A stretch of DNA of 64,000 nt from an uncultured Candidatus Saccharibacteria bacterium (GCA_964409535.1 CAYPDQ010000001.1:22993-86992); one strand, 5' to 3'. Shown: positions 38,054-47,541, counted from the first letter of the stretch. The notes: a model not told the origin generated them from the letters alone. Numbers and translations are program-made.

Positions 38054-39525
38054 CGTTGCTGTTTCAGCTCCCTCACCTCTTCCCTCAACTCACGCACTTG
38101 ATTACTTAACTCCTTAATCGCTTCAGTCATCGGCGCCGCGATAACGCCGTAGTCCACGCTCTTCAAGCCGGTGTTGGGATCGGTCTTTACCGCCTCCGGC
38201 AAAACCCTTTCCACCTCCTGGGCGATGAAGCCCACGCTTAGCTTCCCGGATTCTTTCCATCTAAAAGAGACGCCGTTCAGATTCTCAACAATTTCCAATC
38301 CGCCGACGGGCGCAACATCCGCTTTAAGCCGGGCGTCTGAAGGATAGTAGTATGCGTTTGCTTGGATGTTGCCATTCACGGTCAGCACCTCGGGAATCGT
38401 CGATGTCCCGATGCCGACGTAGCCGGCTCTTGTAATTCTCATTTTTTCATTAATATTTCCGCTTGAATCGGACGTAGCAAAATACATGTCGCCCGAAGCA
38501 ATGCCGGAACCGGGTGCGTTCCAAACGCCGACTTGTCCGATCGGATAGGCCGTCCCAGCCGACGTCGCACCTTCAAATTGCAAAGCGGTTCCCGCACCTG
38601 CTGTGGTGTTGAGATTGGTGAGGAATTGTGCGGCAGTCACGGTTTGTGGCTGGGTGCCGCTCTGATCGCGGCGCACGTCCAGCCTCGCCCCTGGCCCCGT
38701 TGTCCCGATGCCGACGTAGCCGCTGGTATCGATCCTCATCCGCTCGGTAGGCGTGATTTGGGTTCCGTCAGCTACTGTTGACGCAGCGTCCGTAAAGAAT
38801 TTAATACCTCCATTGTAATCCAAGCGGATTGCGTTTCGCCCAATGGAGCTGCCATAACTCGAGACATAAATATCTGCCGCAGTTCCACCGCGCAAACCCG
38901 TAGCCAGAACAAGACCTGCACTAGAATATGGCGCCCAGATATTCGCATAATTGGCCGAGGTACCGCCCCAAGCCAGCGCCCTGCCGGCTGTAGCGTTTCC
39001 CAAATCTAGTACGCCAGACGGGTTCGTCGTCCCGATGCCAACCAAGCCGTTCTTTACCGCCAGAACGTCCGAGGACTGGTTCTGGACGACGAGGGCGCCG
39101 TCAGTTCCTATTCTCAATATAGTGGAGGTGCTTGCCCCTCGGGAGAGCTTCAAGATGTTGTCGCCGGTGGAGTTGAACACTTCCAGGCGGGCGCCAAAGG
39201 AGGTTGTGCCTATCGCAACATTCCCGGAGTTGTAGTAAATATCACTGCCAGAGGTGGTCCATTGGGAGGTGCTAACCTGGGACCAAGCTGTTTTGCAGTC
39301 CCCGGCGATGCACAGAGTGGAGGTGGCGTTCACCCCTATCCCGGAGAGAGTGGACGAGGAATAGAAACTACCTACCTTAATCTGGAGAGATGAGCCGGTA
39401 TTAAGAAGCCCGGAGATGTTGCCGTTCGGAGGATCCTGGGTGGGGTTGGTCCAGGCGAATACGTAAGTTGCAATGCCCAGAACGAAAAGAGCAATGATAA
39501 ATGCCGCTCCAAGGATCCGCTTCAT
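38050..39525 (-). CDS. Tail-fibre-like surface protein with C-terminal S74 chaperone domain
   Basis: Repeated G(N/Y)VGIGT units, SDARLK, GFIAQEVE, terminal coiled coil, signal peptide. Confidence 0.8.
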   Translation of the reverse strand: MKRILGAAFIIALFVLGIATYVFAWTNPTQDPPNGNISGLLNTGSSLQIKVGSFYSSSTLSGIGVNATSTLCIAGDCKTAWSQVSTSQWTTSGSDIYYNSGNVAIGTTSFGARLEVFNSTGDNILKLSRGASTSTILRIGTDGALVVQNQSSDVLAVKNGLVGIGTTNPSGVLDLGNATAGRALAWGGTSANYANIWAPYSSAGLVLATGLRGGTAADIYVSSYGSSIGRNAIRLDYNGGIKFFTDAASTVADGTQITPTERMRIDTSGYVGIGTTGPGARLDVRRDQSGTQPQTVTAAQFLTNLNTTAGAGTALQFEGATSAGTAYPIGQVGVWNAPGSGIASGDMYFATSDSSGNINEKMRITRAGYVGIGTSTIPEVLTVNGNIQANAYYYPSDARLKADVAPVGGLEIVENLNGVSFRWKESGKLSVGFIAQEVERVLPEAVKTDPNTGLKSVDYGVIAAPMTEAIKELSNQVRELREEVRELKQQR

Positions 39526-39587
39526 ACCTTAATTCTACCTCATCTAATATGAAGTCAAGCGAAGATGTGGATAAGCAGCTTTTTCAG

Positions 39588-39904
39588 TGGAGATGGGCGG
39601 AGTTGAACCGCCGTCTAAGGAAGTTATCGGAGAATCATCTACGAGCGTAGTTCGCCGAAAGCAAACGGAATGCCCCGCTAAGTTTAGTCCCGCGGTAGGC
39701 GGAGCCCTAACGTACGGAACGAGCCCCCTTGTATAAGACCGGGTTCCCGCTAAGAGACACAGCGAGACCGATCCTCCGGCTTAAGCGTAAGCGAACGCCG
39801 GAGCTGCAACTTTATTGTTGGCAGTTAATGTTTTGTGCGAGTTTTGCGCCATCGCGGGCGGCTCGCCGACTCCCGACTCTTCCTTATCGATGCCTTGCAT
39901 CCCC
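39588..39904 (-). ncRNA. ssrA: tmRNA
   Basis: 5' GGGGATG pairs with 3' CATCTCC-A; T-arm GGCGGTTCAACTCCGCC; tag ORF ANNKVAAPAFAYA-stop after TAACT; smpB nearby. Confidence 0.93.
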
Positions 39905-39997
39905 GGTGCTACAACCACTGCAATGACATAGGTGGCTGTGCCAAATTGTCAATTGCGAGAACGCTCGTTGCTAAACCCTTGTGGTTGTAGCACCGGG
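39902..39997. mobile_element. 96-bp TIR element at the tmRNA 5' end
   Basis: 17-bp TIR CCCGGTGCTACAACCAC/GTGGTTGTAGCACCGGG; CATC direct repeats at 39898-39901 and 39998-40001. Confidence 0.85.
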
Positions 39998-40029
39998 CAT
40001 CCCCGTATGCAATTTTCAATTGCAAGCGC

Positions 40030-40058
40030 ATTATACCCCGGCACAGCGCAAAAATCAA
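40030..40058 (-). promoter_or_regulatory. Sigma70-type promoter for ssrA
   Basis: TTGATT-17 nt-TATAAT on the minus strand. Confidence 0.65.
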
Positions 40059-40068
40059 CCCCTACTCT

Positions 40069-40365
40069 TCACTCTTTCGCCGCCAGGTAGATAACCTCCA
40101 ATATTATATAAACCAATACGGGGTAGCCGATCATTGCCGAAATTGCGACCACGTCCACCATTCCCCCGCCGGTGAGATAAGCGTTCTTGAATATGCCGCT
40201 CCAGGGGTAGATAACGATGTCGCTCACCTTATATACCAGGTCAACTATCACCGCTATCGGGTTCGCCGCCAGGAACTTCAGAACTATCCGCACCGCAAGG
40301 AACACCTCGAAGAGGCCGAGGAAGTATTTTATGTACCGGGCCAGGGAATGGGCCGGGAAAGTCAT
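40069..40365 (-). CDS. YggT-like membrane protein
   Basis: RIVLKFLAANP...YKVSD...PWSGIF pattern; start chosen at MTFP. Confidence 0.65.
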   Translation of the reverse strand: MTFPAHSLARYIKYFLGLFEVFLAVRIVLKFLAANPIAVIVDLVYKVSDIVIYPWSGIFKNAYLTGGGMVDVVAISAMIGYPVLVYIILEVIYLAAKE

Positions 40366-40380
40366 ACCCACAATCTTATC

Positions 40381-40409
40381 TTGCACTGCACAGAAATCAA
40401 TGCTATCCT
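40381..40409 (+). promoter_or_regulatory. Sigma70-type promoter of infC operon
   Basis: TTGCAC-17 nt-TATCCT with extended TG. Confidence 0.6.
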
Positions 40410-40411
40410 CT

Positions 40412-40939
40412 GTGCGTAACAACTTTCCCATCCCCATACTTAAGCCGCGAATCAACAACCAGATAACCGCGCCGGAACTCCGGGTGATCGGAGAGAACGG
40501 GGAGAACTTGGGGGTGATGCCCAGGGACAAGGCGCTTGCGCTCACGAGAGCCGAAGAGGGTCTTGACCTTATAGAGGTTGTGCCCGGCGCCAATCCGCCG
40601 GTCGTGCGCCTGATGAGCTACGACAAGTACCGCTATGAGCAGGAGAAGGCGGAGAAAAAGGAGCGGCGGGCGATAAAGTCCGCGAGCATAAAGCGGGTGC
40701 AGATAAGCCCGCGGGCCGCGAGCCACGACCTCCAAGTGAGGATCAAGCAACTGGAAGAGTTCCTGGCGGAAGGCCATCCGGTGGAAGTGTATGTCCGCCT
40801 GCGCGGCCGGGAAAAATACAACAAGGGCTGGGCGAACGCCAAACTCCAGGAATTCCTGAAAATGATAAGCGTGGAATACAAAATAGTGAGCGCGCCGAAG
40901 TTCGCGCAAGGGTTAAGCGTCCAAATTGCAAAGAAATGA
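40412..40939 (+). CDS. infC: Translation initiation factor IF-3 (start uncertain)
   Basis: RINNQI.APELRVIG, LDLIEV..PPVV, LRGRE; upstream of rpmI-rplT. Confidence 0.92.
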   Translation: MRNNFPIPILKPRINNQITAPELRVIGENGENLGVMPRDKALALTRAEEGLDLIEVVPGANPPVVRLMSYDKYRYEQEKAEKKERRAIKSASIKRVQISPRAASHDLQVRIKQLEEFLAEGHPVEVYVRLRGREKYNKGWANAKLQEFLKMISVEYKIVSAPKFAQGLSVQIAKK

Positions 40940-41091
40940 AAACGAGGAAAAGCATAACCAAGAGGATACGGATAACCCGACGGGGCAAGATCATCCGGCG
41001 GCCGATGGCGGTGGATCATTTCCGCACCCGCAAGAGTAAAAAGAGCATCCGCAGCAAACGCAAAACCCTCGGTTTGGATTTCCCGCTCTAA
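40936..41091 (+). CDS. rpmI: 50S ribosomal protein L35 (not in the ORF track)
   Basis: 51 aa MKTRKSITKRIRITRRGKIIRR...H; lies between infC and rplT. Confidence 0.88.
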   Translation: MKTRKSITKRIRITRRGKIIRRPMAVDHFRTRKSKKSIRSKRKTLGLDFPL

Positions 41092-41117
41092 AACCTAACA
41101 CCTAATCACTAATTAGT

Positions 41118-41462
41118 ATGCCCAGAGTAAAACGCGGCACAATAGCACATAAGAAGCGCGAGCGGGTTTTGAAACTGACCAAGGGTTTTCACTGGGGACG
41201 GAAATCCAAAGAACGCGCGGCGAAAGAGGCCCTGCTTCACGCGCTCTCCCGCAAGTTCCGCGGACGCAAAGAGAAAAAACGCAACTTCCGCAATTTGTGG
41301 AACGTCCGGATAAACGCCGGCGCACGCGCGGAGGGCGTTTCTTACAGTAAACTCATCGCCGGACTCAAAAAGAAAGGCGTAAAGCTGGACCGGAAGATCC
41401 TCGCCGACCTCGCCAAGAACGAACCAGCGGTGTTCAAGAAGGTGGTGGCGTTTACAAAGTAG
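41118..41462 (+). CDS. rplT: 50S ribosomal protein L20
   Basis: MPRVKRG, FRNLWNVRINA, LDRKILADLA. Confidence 0.97.
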   Translation: MPRVKRGTIAHKKRERVLKLTKGFHWGRKSKERAAKEALLHALSRKFRGRKEKKRNFRNLWNVRINAGARAEGVSYSKLIAGLKKKGVKLDRKILADLAKNEPAVFKKVVAFTK

Positions 41463-41751
41463 CTCCGTAGCGTTTTAAATCCACTCTGCCGCGGAGAATT
41501 TTCACGCCCTCTTTTTCCAAGAGTTCGGTTTTCTTCTTTAGTCCGCCAGCGTAGCCGCCAAGCGACCCATCGGAGGCGACGACGCGGTGACAGGGCACGC
41601 GGGGAGCGCGCGGATTCTTGTTCAAGGCATTGCCCACCGCCCGGAAAGCCCGCGGCCTGCCGACGGCCCGGGCGACATCTTTATACGCGGCGACCTTACC
41701 GCGCGGGATGCGGCTTAGGGCGGCGAGTACTTTTTTCGCGAAGGAAGTCAT
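41452..41751 (-). CDS. O6-methylguanine DNA methyltransferase (single domain)
   Basis: RAVGNAL, PCHRV active site. Confidence 0.9.
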   Translation of the reverse strand: MTSFAKKVLAALSRIPRGKVAAYKDVARAVGRPRAFRAVGNALNKNPRAPRVPCHRVVASDGSLGGYAGGLKKKTELLEKEGVKILRGRVDLKRYGATL

Positions 41752-42193
41752 AAGCGTGTTTCAAGACCTTTTGGCTGTCGCGATATTTGCCCAAAATTTT
41801 CTGGCCCTCGGGATAGAGAAGCCAGGCGTAGCCCTGGTGTTCTTTGGAGACCTTGATTACGGGGTTCGACGTTTCCGCAAGATAAAAGATGACTATTTTA
41901 AAGTACGGCTGCCCCGCGCGCCGGAAGTAAAATCTCTCATAGGTTTTGAAATTCTTCACCAGGCGCAGGTCGCCTCCGGTGAGACCGGTTTCTTCTTTGG
42001 TTTCCCGGAGCGCTGCGGCCAAACTTCTTTCCTCCGACTCGATCTTGCCTTTGGGGAAGTTCCAATAATTATGGCCGTGGTACAAGATCAAAAATTTCGG
42101 GCCTTCCTCCGTCCGGCGGTAAACGATTATGCCAGCGGAAATCTCTCGCCTGGTCTTCACTTGAGCATTTTTAACGTCTTTTGGAGGGGCCAT
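41696..42193 (-). CDS. NUDIX hydrolase (Ap4A-hydrolase-like)
   Basis: SAGIIV, WNFPKG, RETKEETG. Confidence 0.88.
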   Translation of the reverse strand: MAPPKDVKNAQVKTRREISAGIIVYRRTEEGPKFLILYHGHNYWNFPKGKIESEERSLAAALRETKEETGLTGGDLRLVKNFKTYERFYFRRAGQPYFKIVIFYLAETSNPVIKVSKEHQGYAWLLYPEGQKILGKYRDSQKVLKHAYDFLREKSTRRPKPHPAR

Positions 42194-43923
42194 GCGTTTA
42201 TTACGTCTTTTTTCTCCGCCCAGCCGCGGCGGGCCTGGGCAATGCCGTATTCCAGATAGTCAAAATGGTTCGGGGCATGCGCATCGGAATCAACCGCAAG
42301 TTTCACCCCTACTGCGACGCATTCCCGAATGTGGTCGTCTTTCAAATCCAGGCGATCCGGGTAGGCGTCTATTTCCATAATCGTCCCGGTTTTCTTGGCG
42401 GTCTGTATGAGTTCCGCCATATCCACCTCGTAGGCCGCGCGCCGCTCTATCACCCGGCCAGTCGGGTGGAAGATTATGTCCACATGCCGGTTCGCCATCG
42501 CCCGTTTTATCCGCTCGGTTTGCTCCGTTTTCGGCAAGCTGAAGTAGGAATGGACCGACGCGCCGACCACATCCAGTTTCGCCAATACCGCATCTGGCAA
42601 ATCCAGCGAGCCGTCTTTCAATATATCACACTCCGTTCCCTTTAGGACGCGGAACGTGGAACGTGAAGCGCGGAGCGCGCGATTGACCAGGTCAATTTCA
42701 GCCATTTGCTTCAAAATCCGCTTCTCGTCCAAACCGTGGGTCATCGCCAGGCGCTTGGTATGGTCGGTAATCGCGATGTACTTCAACCCGCGGGCCATGG
42801 CGGCCTTGGCCATATCCAGGATAGACGCGTTGCCGTCGGTCCAGTCGGTCTGAACCTGCAAATCGCCTTGTAAATCCTCGTAGCCAATTAGTTTGGGCAA
42901 GGCGTGTTTCTTCGCCAGTTCAATTTCGCCCATATTTTCCCGCATCTCCGGCGGGATGTGGTCCATTCCCAAGGCCTTATACAGCTCTTCCTCGGTTCTG
43001 CCGGCGATCTGGCGTTTGCCCTTCCACAGGCCGTACTCGTTCAATTTATACCCCTTGTTCATCGCGATCTGGCGGAGGGCGACGTTGTGATCCTTGGAGC
43101 CGGTGAAGTAATTCAAGGCCGCGCCATAGGACTCCGCCGGCACCACCCGCAGGTCCACGTCCAGGCTCGCCTCGCCGAAGCCTCCGGCGTAGCGCGGGCC
43201 GGAGGCGATCTTTATCGCGGACTTGGTCTCGCCGTGGGCGTAGACCCGCACCACCTGCGGCATGTTCACAAAATAGTCCATCATCGCTTTCGGTTTGCGG
43301 GATACCGCAAGCACGTCCACGTCACCGATGGTCTCCTTCCGCCGCCGGACGGAGCCAGCGACGACGAGTTTCTCCACCCCCGGCACGCGCCGGAGCATCT
43401 CCTCCATCTTACGGATCTCCGGTTCGGAAAAGCCCAAAAGCCGCCGGCCGCCGGACTTTTTCAGGAACTCAATCCCCTTCAAGATGTTCTCTTCCGATTT
43501 CTTCCCGAAGCCGGCGAGGTTGCGGATCTTCCCCGCCTTCGCCGCCTTTTCCAGGTCGGCGAGAGTCTTCACGCCCAGCTTCTGATAGAGCTTTTTTATG
43601 GATTTCGGCCCCAGTCCTTCCACCGTGGTGAGGGTCGCGAGGTCCACTGGCGTTTTTTTCTTCAACTCCGCATGGTACTTCACTTTGCCGGTTTTCAGAT
43701 ACTCCTCGATCTTCTCCGCGATACTCGCACCAACGCCGGGAATATCCAGGAGCGCCTTCATACTGTCACGTTTGTAAACGTCGGCGACGCTCTCTTCCAT
43801 CCCGCTCACAATCTGCGCAACCTTCTCGTAGGCGCGGGGCTTGAACGCCACGTCCTGCATCTCCAAGTACTCCCCGATCTCGGCGAGGATCCGCGCGATC
43901 TCCTGGTTGGAAACGTGTCTCAT
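42157..43923 (-). CDS. polX: DNA polymerase X / PHP fusion
   Basis: GSVRR, GDVDVL, YFTGSKDHN, PHP motifs TDH and SDAH. Confidence 0.93.
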   Translation of the reverse strand: MRHVSNQEIARILAEIGEYLEMQDVAFKPRAYEKVAQIVSGMEESVADVYKRDSMKALLDIPGVGASIAEKIEEYLKTGKVKYHAELKKKTPVDLATLTTVEGLGPKSIKKLYQKLGVKTLADLEKAAKAGKIRNLAGFGKKSEENILKGIEFLKKSGGRRLLGFSEPEIRKMEEMLRRVPGVEKLVVAGSVRRRKETIGDVDVLAVSRKPKAMMDYFVNMPQVVRVYAHGETKSAIKIASGPRYAGGFGEASLDVDLRVVPAESYGAALNYFTGSKDHNVALRQIAMNKGYKLNEYGLWKGKRQIAGRTEEELYKALGMDHIPPEMRENMGEIELAKKHALPKLIGYEDLQGDLQVQTDWTDGNASILDMAKAAMARGLKYIAITDHTKRLAMTHGLDEKRILKQMAEIDLVNRALRASRSTFRVLKGTECDILKDGSLDLPDAVLAKLDVVGASVHSYFSLPKTEQTERIKRAMANRHVDIIFHPTGRVIERRAAYEVDMAELIQTAKKTGTIMEIDAYPDRLDLKDDHIRECVAVGVKLAVDSDAHAPNHFDYLEYGIAQARRGWAEKKDVINAWPLQKTLKMLK

Positions 43924-46454
43924 TACTCTGCTTTTTGGAACTGGAAATTCTCGCCTGAAAAAACCAACCGGACTTTCTGCCCCCGGACAATGCCTTTCCT
44001 CAAAAGCGTCTCCGCCAAGGGCGCGCGAATTTGGTCATCTATCACCCGCCGCAGGGGCCGTGCGCCGAAAGCCGGGTTGTAGCCCAGTTTTGCGACTTGT
44101 TTGGTTGCGGATGGATCGACATCCAGGTAGATCCCCTGGTCCTCCAAGGCCTTGGCCAGGTCTTTGAGGTTGAGGAGCGCGATCTTCTCCACCTCGGGAG
44201 GCGTGAGGTCCCGGAAGACGATTATCTTGGAAAAGCGATTCAGGAGTTCCGGCTTGAAAACGTCGGTTAGCCGCGCCTTCAGGTACTCCGCGATCTGGCT
44301 CATATTCTGGCCCTGGCGTAGGGCGTCGTTTATGAGGTCGGAATGGGCGTTCGATGTGGCGATGATTATCGTGTTCGTGAAATCCACCGTCCGGCCGAGG
44401 TTGTCGGTCAGGCGCCCGTCGTCCAGAACCTGGAGGAAAAGATGGAGGATATCCGGGAATGCTTTTTCAAATTCGTCCAGGAGCACCAAGCTGTACGGCT
44501 TCTGGAGCACCGCATCGGTCAAGGCCCCGGAGATCGTTCCATCTGGAGAACCGATGAAGCGGTAGAAGCTCTGTTTGTCCTGATATTCGGTCATATCAAA
44601 ACGCACCATTGCCCCCTCCGAGCCGAACTGCACCCGGGCGAGTATCTTCGCGAGCTCCGTCTTGCCAACGCCGGTCGGGCCCACGAAAAGGAACCCGGCG
44701 ATCGGCCCGCCTTTGCGGGCGAGGCCGCTGCGATACTCCCGCAGAGCGTTCGCCACGGCCTTGACCGCTTCTTCCTGGTCTATCAGCCGCTCGTGAATGA
44801 TGTTTTCCAGGTTCAAGAGCTTTTCCGCTTCCGCGCCGGTCGCCTCGTGGATCGGGACATTGATCTTCTCCTCCGCCGCTTTTACAACCTCCTCTGGCCC
44901 CAGGAACTTCCCGCGCCCCTGGGCGACCGCGGCCAAGGCGCTTTTCAAAAGTTCCTCTGCGCTCGTCGGCAGGAACTTGTTCCTAAAATGTTTCTTCGCC
45001 AAACTCACCGCCATCTTCACCGCCCCGAAACTTATGAAAATCCCGGTGCGCGCCTCCAAAAGCAGGGCGTCGTAGATCAAAATTTTCTCCGCCTCCGACT
45101 CGGTCACCTCGTCCACCCGGATGACCTCAAAATTGGACGCGAAGTCGCTCCGCGGCTCTACGAACTGCTTGTATTCCCGCGGCCAAGTCGCGCCGATAAC
45201 CGGGAAAATGTTGCTCTTTAAAATAGGCATCAAGCCGTCCGCGGCGGAAAGGTACTCCGCGCCGGAGGTCTTGACCAGATTGTGAACATCCGGGATGTAG
45301 AGGATGACGTTCCCGGCCATAAATATCTCTTCCGCTATCGTCTGGATACGCTTTTGAACTTCTTCCGGCGAGGCGCCGGCGACAAGTTCTCCTAAGCGCA
45401 GCTCTACTAAGCGCCGGTCGAAAAGTTCCGGCGGAACGTTGTCTTTGGTGAGCTCCAGAGCCAAGTGCGCCACAAGCGTTTCCTTGCCTATCCCGGGTTC
45501 GCCGACTAAAAGCGCATTGGGATCCGTCGGCCTGGAAAGGGTCTCCACAAGCCGCCGGTATTCCGTTTCGTGCCCGACGAGAAACCCAACTTCGTACCTC
45601 CGGGCCGCGTCGGTGAGATCGGAGCTGAACCTGTCCAGGGTCAGGGTCGGACGACTGGTCCAGGCGCGGTTCATAACCCGATGGCGCAAGCCACGCTCGC
45701 CGCCCCGGACTACAGCGCTCAATGTATCCGGCAAGCGCCGCCACCAACCGGAGAATTGACGCCTGGCTCCGCCGAAAATCATCGCGTTCGCGATGTCGCC
45801 GGGCTTCAAAGAGAAAGTGCCGAAGATGCGCTTGACGAACGCGCAGCGCACATAAGGCAAGGCGGAGAAAAGATCGGCTACCTGTATGAATCTCTGCTTG
45901 TCTTCTAAAGCGTTACGCAATGCTTCTTTCATCAATGCCTGGAGTTCGCTTTGGGCCTCGTCCCGCCGGAAACCGCCGTTGCTTTTTCCGCTTTCCTCAA
46001 GCAGGTCTTCCAGTTTCTGCCTGAACTCCGGAAGCGGCACGTCCAAGCGACGCAACCCGTCCTTGACCTCTTTCGCGCCCAAGAGCTGCCTCACTACTTC
46101 CAGGAAAAAATCGCGATCCGTGACCGTTGCCCGGTCGTAAGCGTGCTCGATCACGGAAAAGGCCCGGGGGGTGATAAACCTTGCGAGATTCACTCTGCCG
46201 CTTTGGGGCAATTCGTGAAGCTCTCGATCGGCCTGATGTATGTGGACCACCCGGTCTATGAGAAATAGCGCGACAAGCACCCCCAGCCAGCTCAGCCAGT
46301 TAAGGTCGGAAACCAGGAAGGTAAAGCCGGCGGCAAGGAGGATGAGATAGCTCAAATAGCCCACGACTCGCGTGAGAAGCCGGCCGGGAAGAGTCATCCG
46401 CAGGCGCGGGTCGTCGAAATAGTATTCCGCCGGTTTAGAAACTCCTGAAGGCAT
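43923..46454 (-). CDS. Membrane-anchored ClpA/B-family AAA+ ATPase
   Basis: Two N-terminal TMs, NBD2 GPTGVGKT/DEFEKA, GARPLRR. Confidence 0.88.
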   Translation of the reverse strand: MPSGVSKPAEYYFDDPRLRMTLPGRLLTRVVGYLSYLILLAAGFTFLVSDLNWLSWLGVLVALFLIDRVVHIHQADRELHELPQSGRVNLARFITPRAFSVIEHAYDRATVTDRDFFLEVVRQLLGAKEVKDGLRRLDVPLPEFRQKLEDLLEESGKSNGGFRRDEAQSELQALMKEALRNALEDKQRFIQVADLFSALPYVRCAFVKRIFGTFSLKPGDIANAMIFGGARRQFSGWWRRLPDTLSAVVRGGERGLRHRVMNRAWTSRPTLTLDRFSSDLTDAARRYEVGFLVGHETEYRRLVETLSRPTDPNALLVGEPGIGKETLVAHLALELTKDNVPPELFDRRLVELRLGELVAGASPEEVQKRIQTIAEEIFMAGNVILYIPDVHNLVKTSGAEYLSAADGLMPILKSNIFPVIGATWPREYKQFVEPRSDFASNFEVIRVDEVTESEAEKILIYDALLLEARTGIFISFGAVKMAVSLAKKHFRNKFLPTSAEELLKSALAAVAQGRGKFLGPEEVVKAAEEKINVPIHEATGAEAEKLLNLENIIHERLIDQEEAVKAVANALREYRSGLARKGGPIAGFLFVGPTGVGKTELAKILARVQFGSEGAMVRFDMTEYQDKQSFYRFIGSPDGTISGALTDAVLQKPYSLVLLDEFEKAFPDILHLFLQVLDDGRLTDNLGRTVDFTNTIIIATSNAHSDLINDALRQGQNMSQIAEYLKARLTDVFKPELLNRFSKIIVFRDLTPPEVEKIALLNLKDLAKALEDQGIYLDVDPSATKQVAKLGYNPAFGARPLRRVIDDQIRAPLAETLLRKGIVRGQKVRLVFSGENFQFQKAE

Positions 46455-46782
46455 AGAAGATCAAGATTGGAAGAACGAGTATCCAGACAAGATACGCTGC
46501 GGCGAAGATCGCCGCCCAAAAAAGATACACGCCTACACCGATGATTATCCGCACGGAGCGGAAAATTACGCCCAAGACCCGGCCGATCACGGAGTAGTCC
46601 TTGTACAGGGGTTGGAAGAAGTGTTTCAGAGTTATTTTCACTGCAAATGTCCGGTCCAGATATTCCAAAAGAGCGGTGAACGCATAAGCAAATCGCCGGG
46701 AAGCGTCCACGTACCAATGGTGAAAGAAGTCGGTCAGCCGGAAGAAAAACCGCCCGACAAGATATACCAGGGCAAAGTCCAT
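46435..46782 (-). CDS. Hypothetical membrane protein coupled to the Clp ATPase
   Basis: MDFALVYL..., FFHHWY, HFFQPLYKDY; ATG formed at the element junction. Confidence 0.7.
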   Translation of the reverse strand: MDFALVYLVGRFFFRLTDFFHHWYVDASRRFAYAFTALLEYLDRTFAVKITLKHFFQPLYKDYSVIGRVLGVIFRSVRIIIGVGVYLFWAAIFAAAYLVWILVLPILIFYAFRSF

Positions 46783-46898
46783 CCCGTTAGAGGCAGGAAA
46801 CTTTCGTTTCCGAAGGTTTTGCAAGCCGGTGCGACCACGGCTGTTTCTCCGCCCTGTGCACTATTACCCCACACACAAGCTTGCGGTCTCTAACGGGA
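46782..46898. mobile_element. CCCGTTAGA-TIR element, 117 bp, non-coding derivative
   Basis: Ends match the GIY-YIG copy at 19/20 and 22/22 nt; perfect TCCA duplication. Confidence 0.9.
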
Positions 46899-46920
46899 TC
46901 CATGCCTCAATTATACCCTC

Positions 46921-47541
46921 TTAGAACAATTTTGCCTGCGGCGGCGGTGGCTTTCTGGATTCAGCGACTGCCGGAGCTGCGGCGAGAAGCGCGTCCGCCT
47001 GCGTGAGTATCGCCGGCAGTTTCTTCACGCTGTCCAGAAACTGGTTCATCGCTTCCGTCCCGCGCAAGGCCGCCGCCGGATGAAGTACCGGCACGATGAG
47101 TCGCCCACCGGCCTTAAACACCTTCCCCTGGTCGCGAGTGATCTTCGCGGTCGGCAGGAAAAAATTCATCGCAAACCGGCCGAGGGCGACTATGACCTTG
47201 GGGTTTATTATTTCCACCTGTTTTGCAAGGTACGGCTTGTACACCTCAATTTCCTCCGGCAGAGGGTCGCGGTTGTCCGGCGGGCGGCGCTTCAAGATGT
47301 TCGTGATGTAAACGTCTTCCCGCTTCCAGCCGATGCTCTGGAGCGCCTGGTTCAAAAGCTGGCCGCCTCGGCCGACGAAGGGGCGCTTCTCCAGGTCTTC
47401 GTAGTAGCCCGGCGCTTCTCCGATGAACATCGCCTTGCAGTCCGGATTGCCCTCTCCGAAAACCAAATTGGTCGTAAGCGGGAGGGTTCTATCCGCCGCC
47501 ATTTCCGACTCCAAATTGCGCAAGGCCTCGCTTTTATTCAT
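46921..47541 (-). CDS. Uracil-DNA glycosylase family 4
   Basis: IGEAPG, PFVG, RPPDNRDP, LHPAA. Confidence 0.92.
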   Translation of the reverse strand: MNKSEALRNLESEMAADRTLPLTTNLVFGEGNPDCKAMFIGEAPGYYEDLEKRPFVGRGGQLLNQALQSIGWKREDVYITNILKRRPPDNRDPLPEEIEVYKPYLAKQVEIINPKVIVALGRFAMNFFLPTAKITRDQGKVFKAGGRLIVPVLHPAAALRGTEAMNQFLDSVKKLPAILTQADALLAAAPAVAESRKPPPPQAKLF

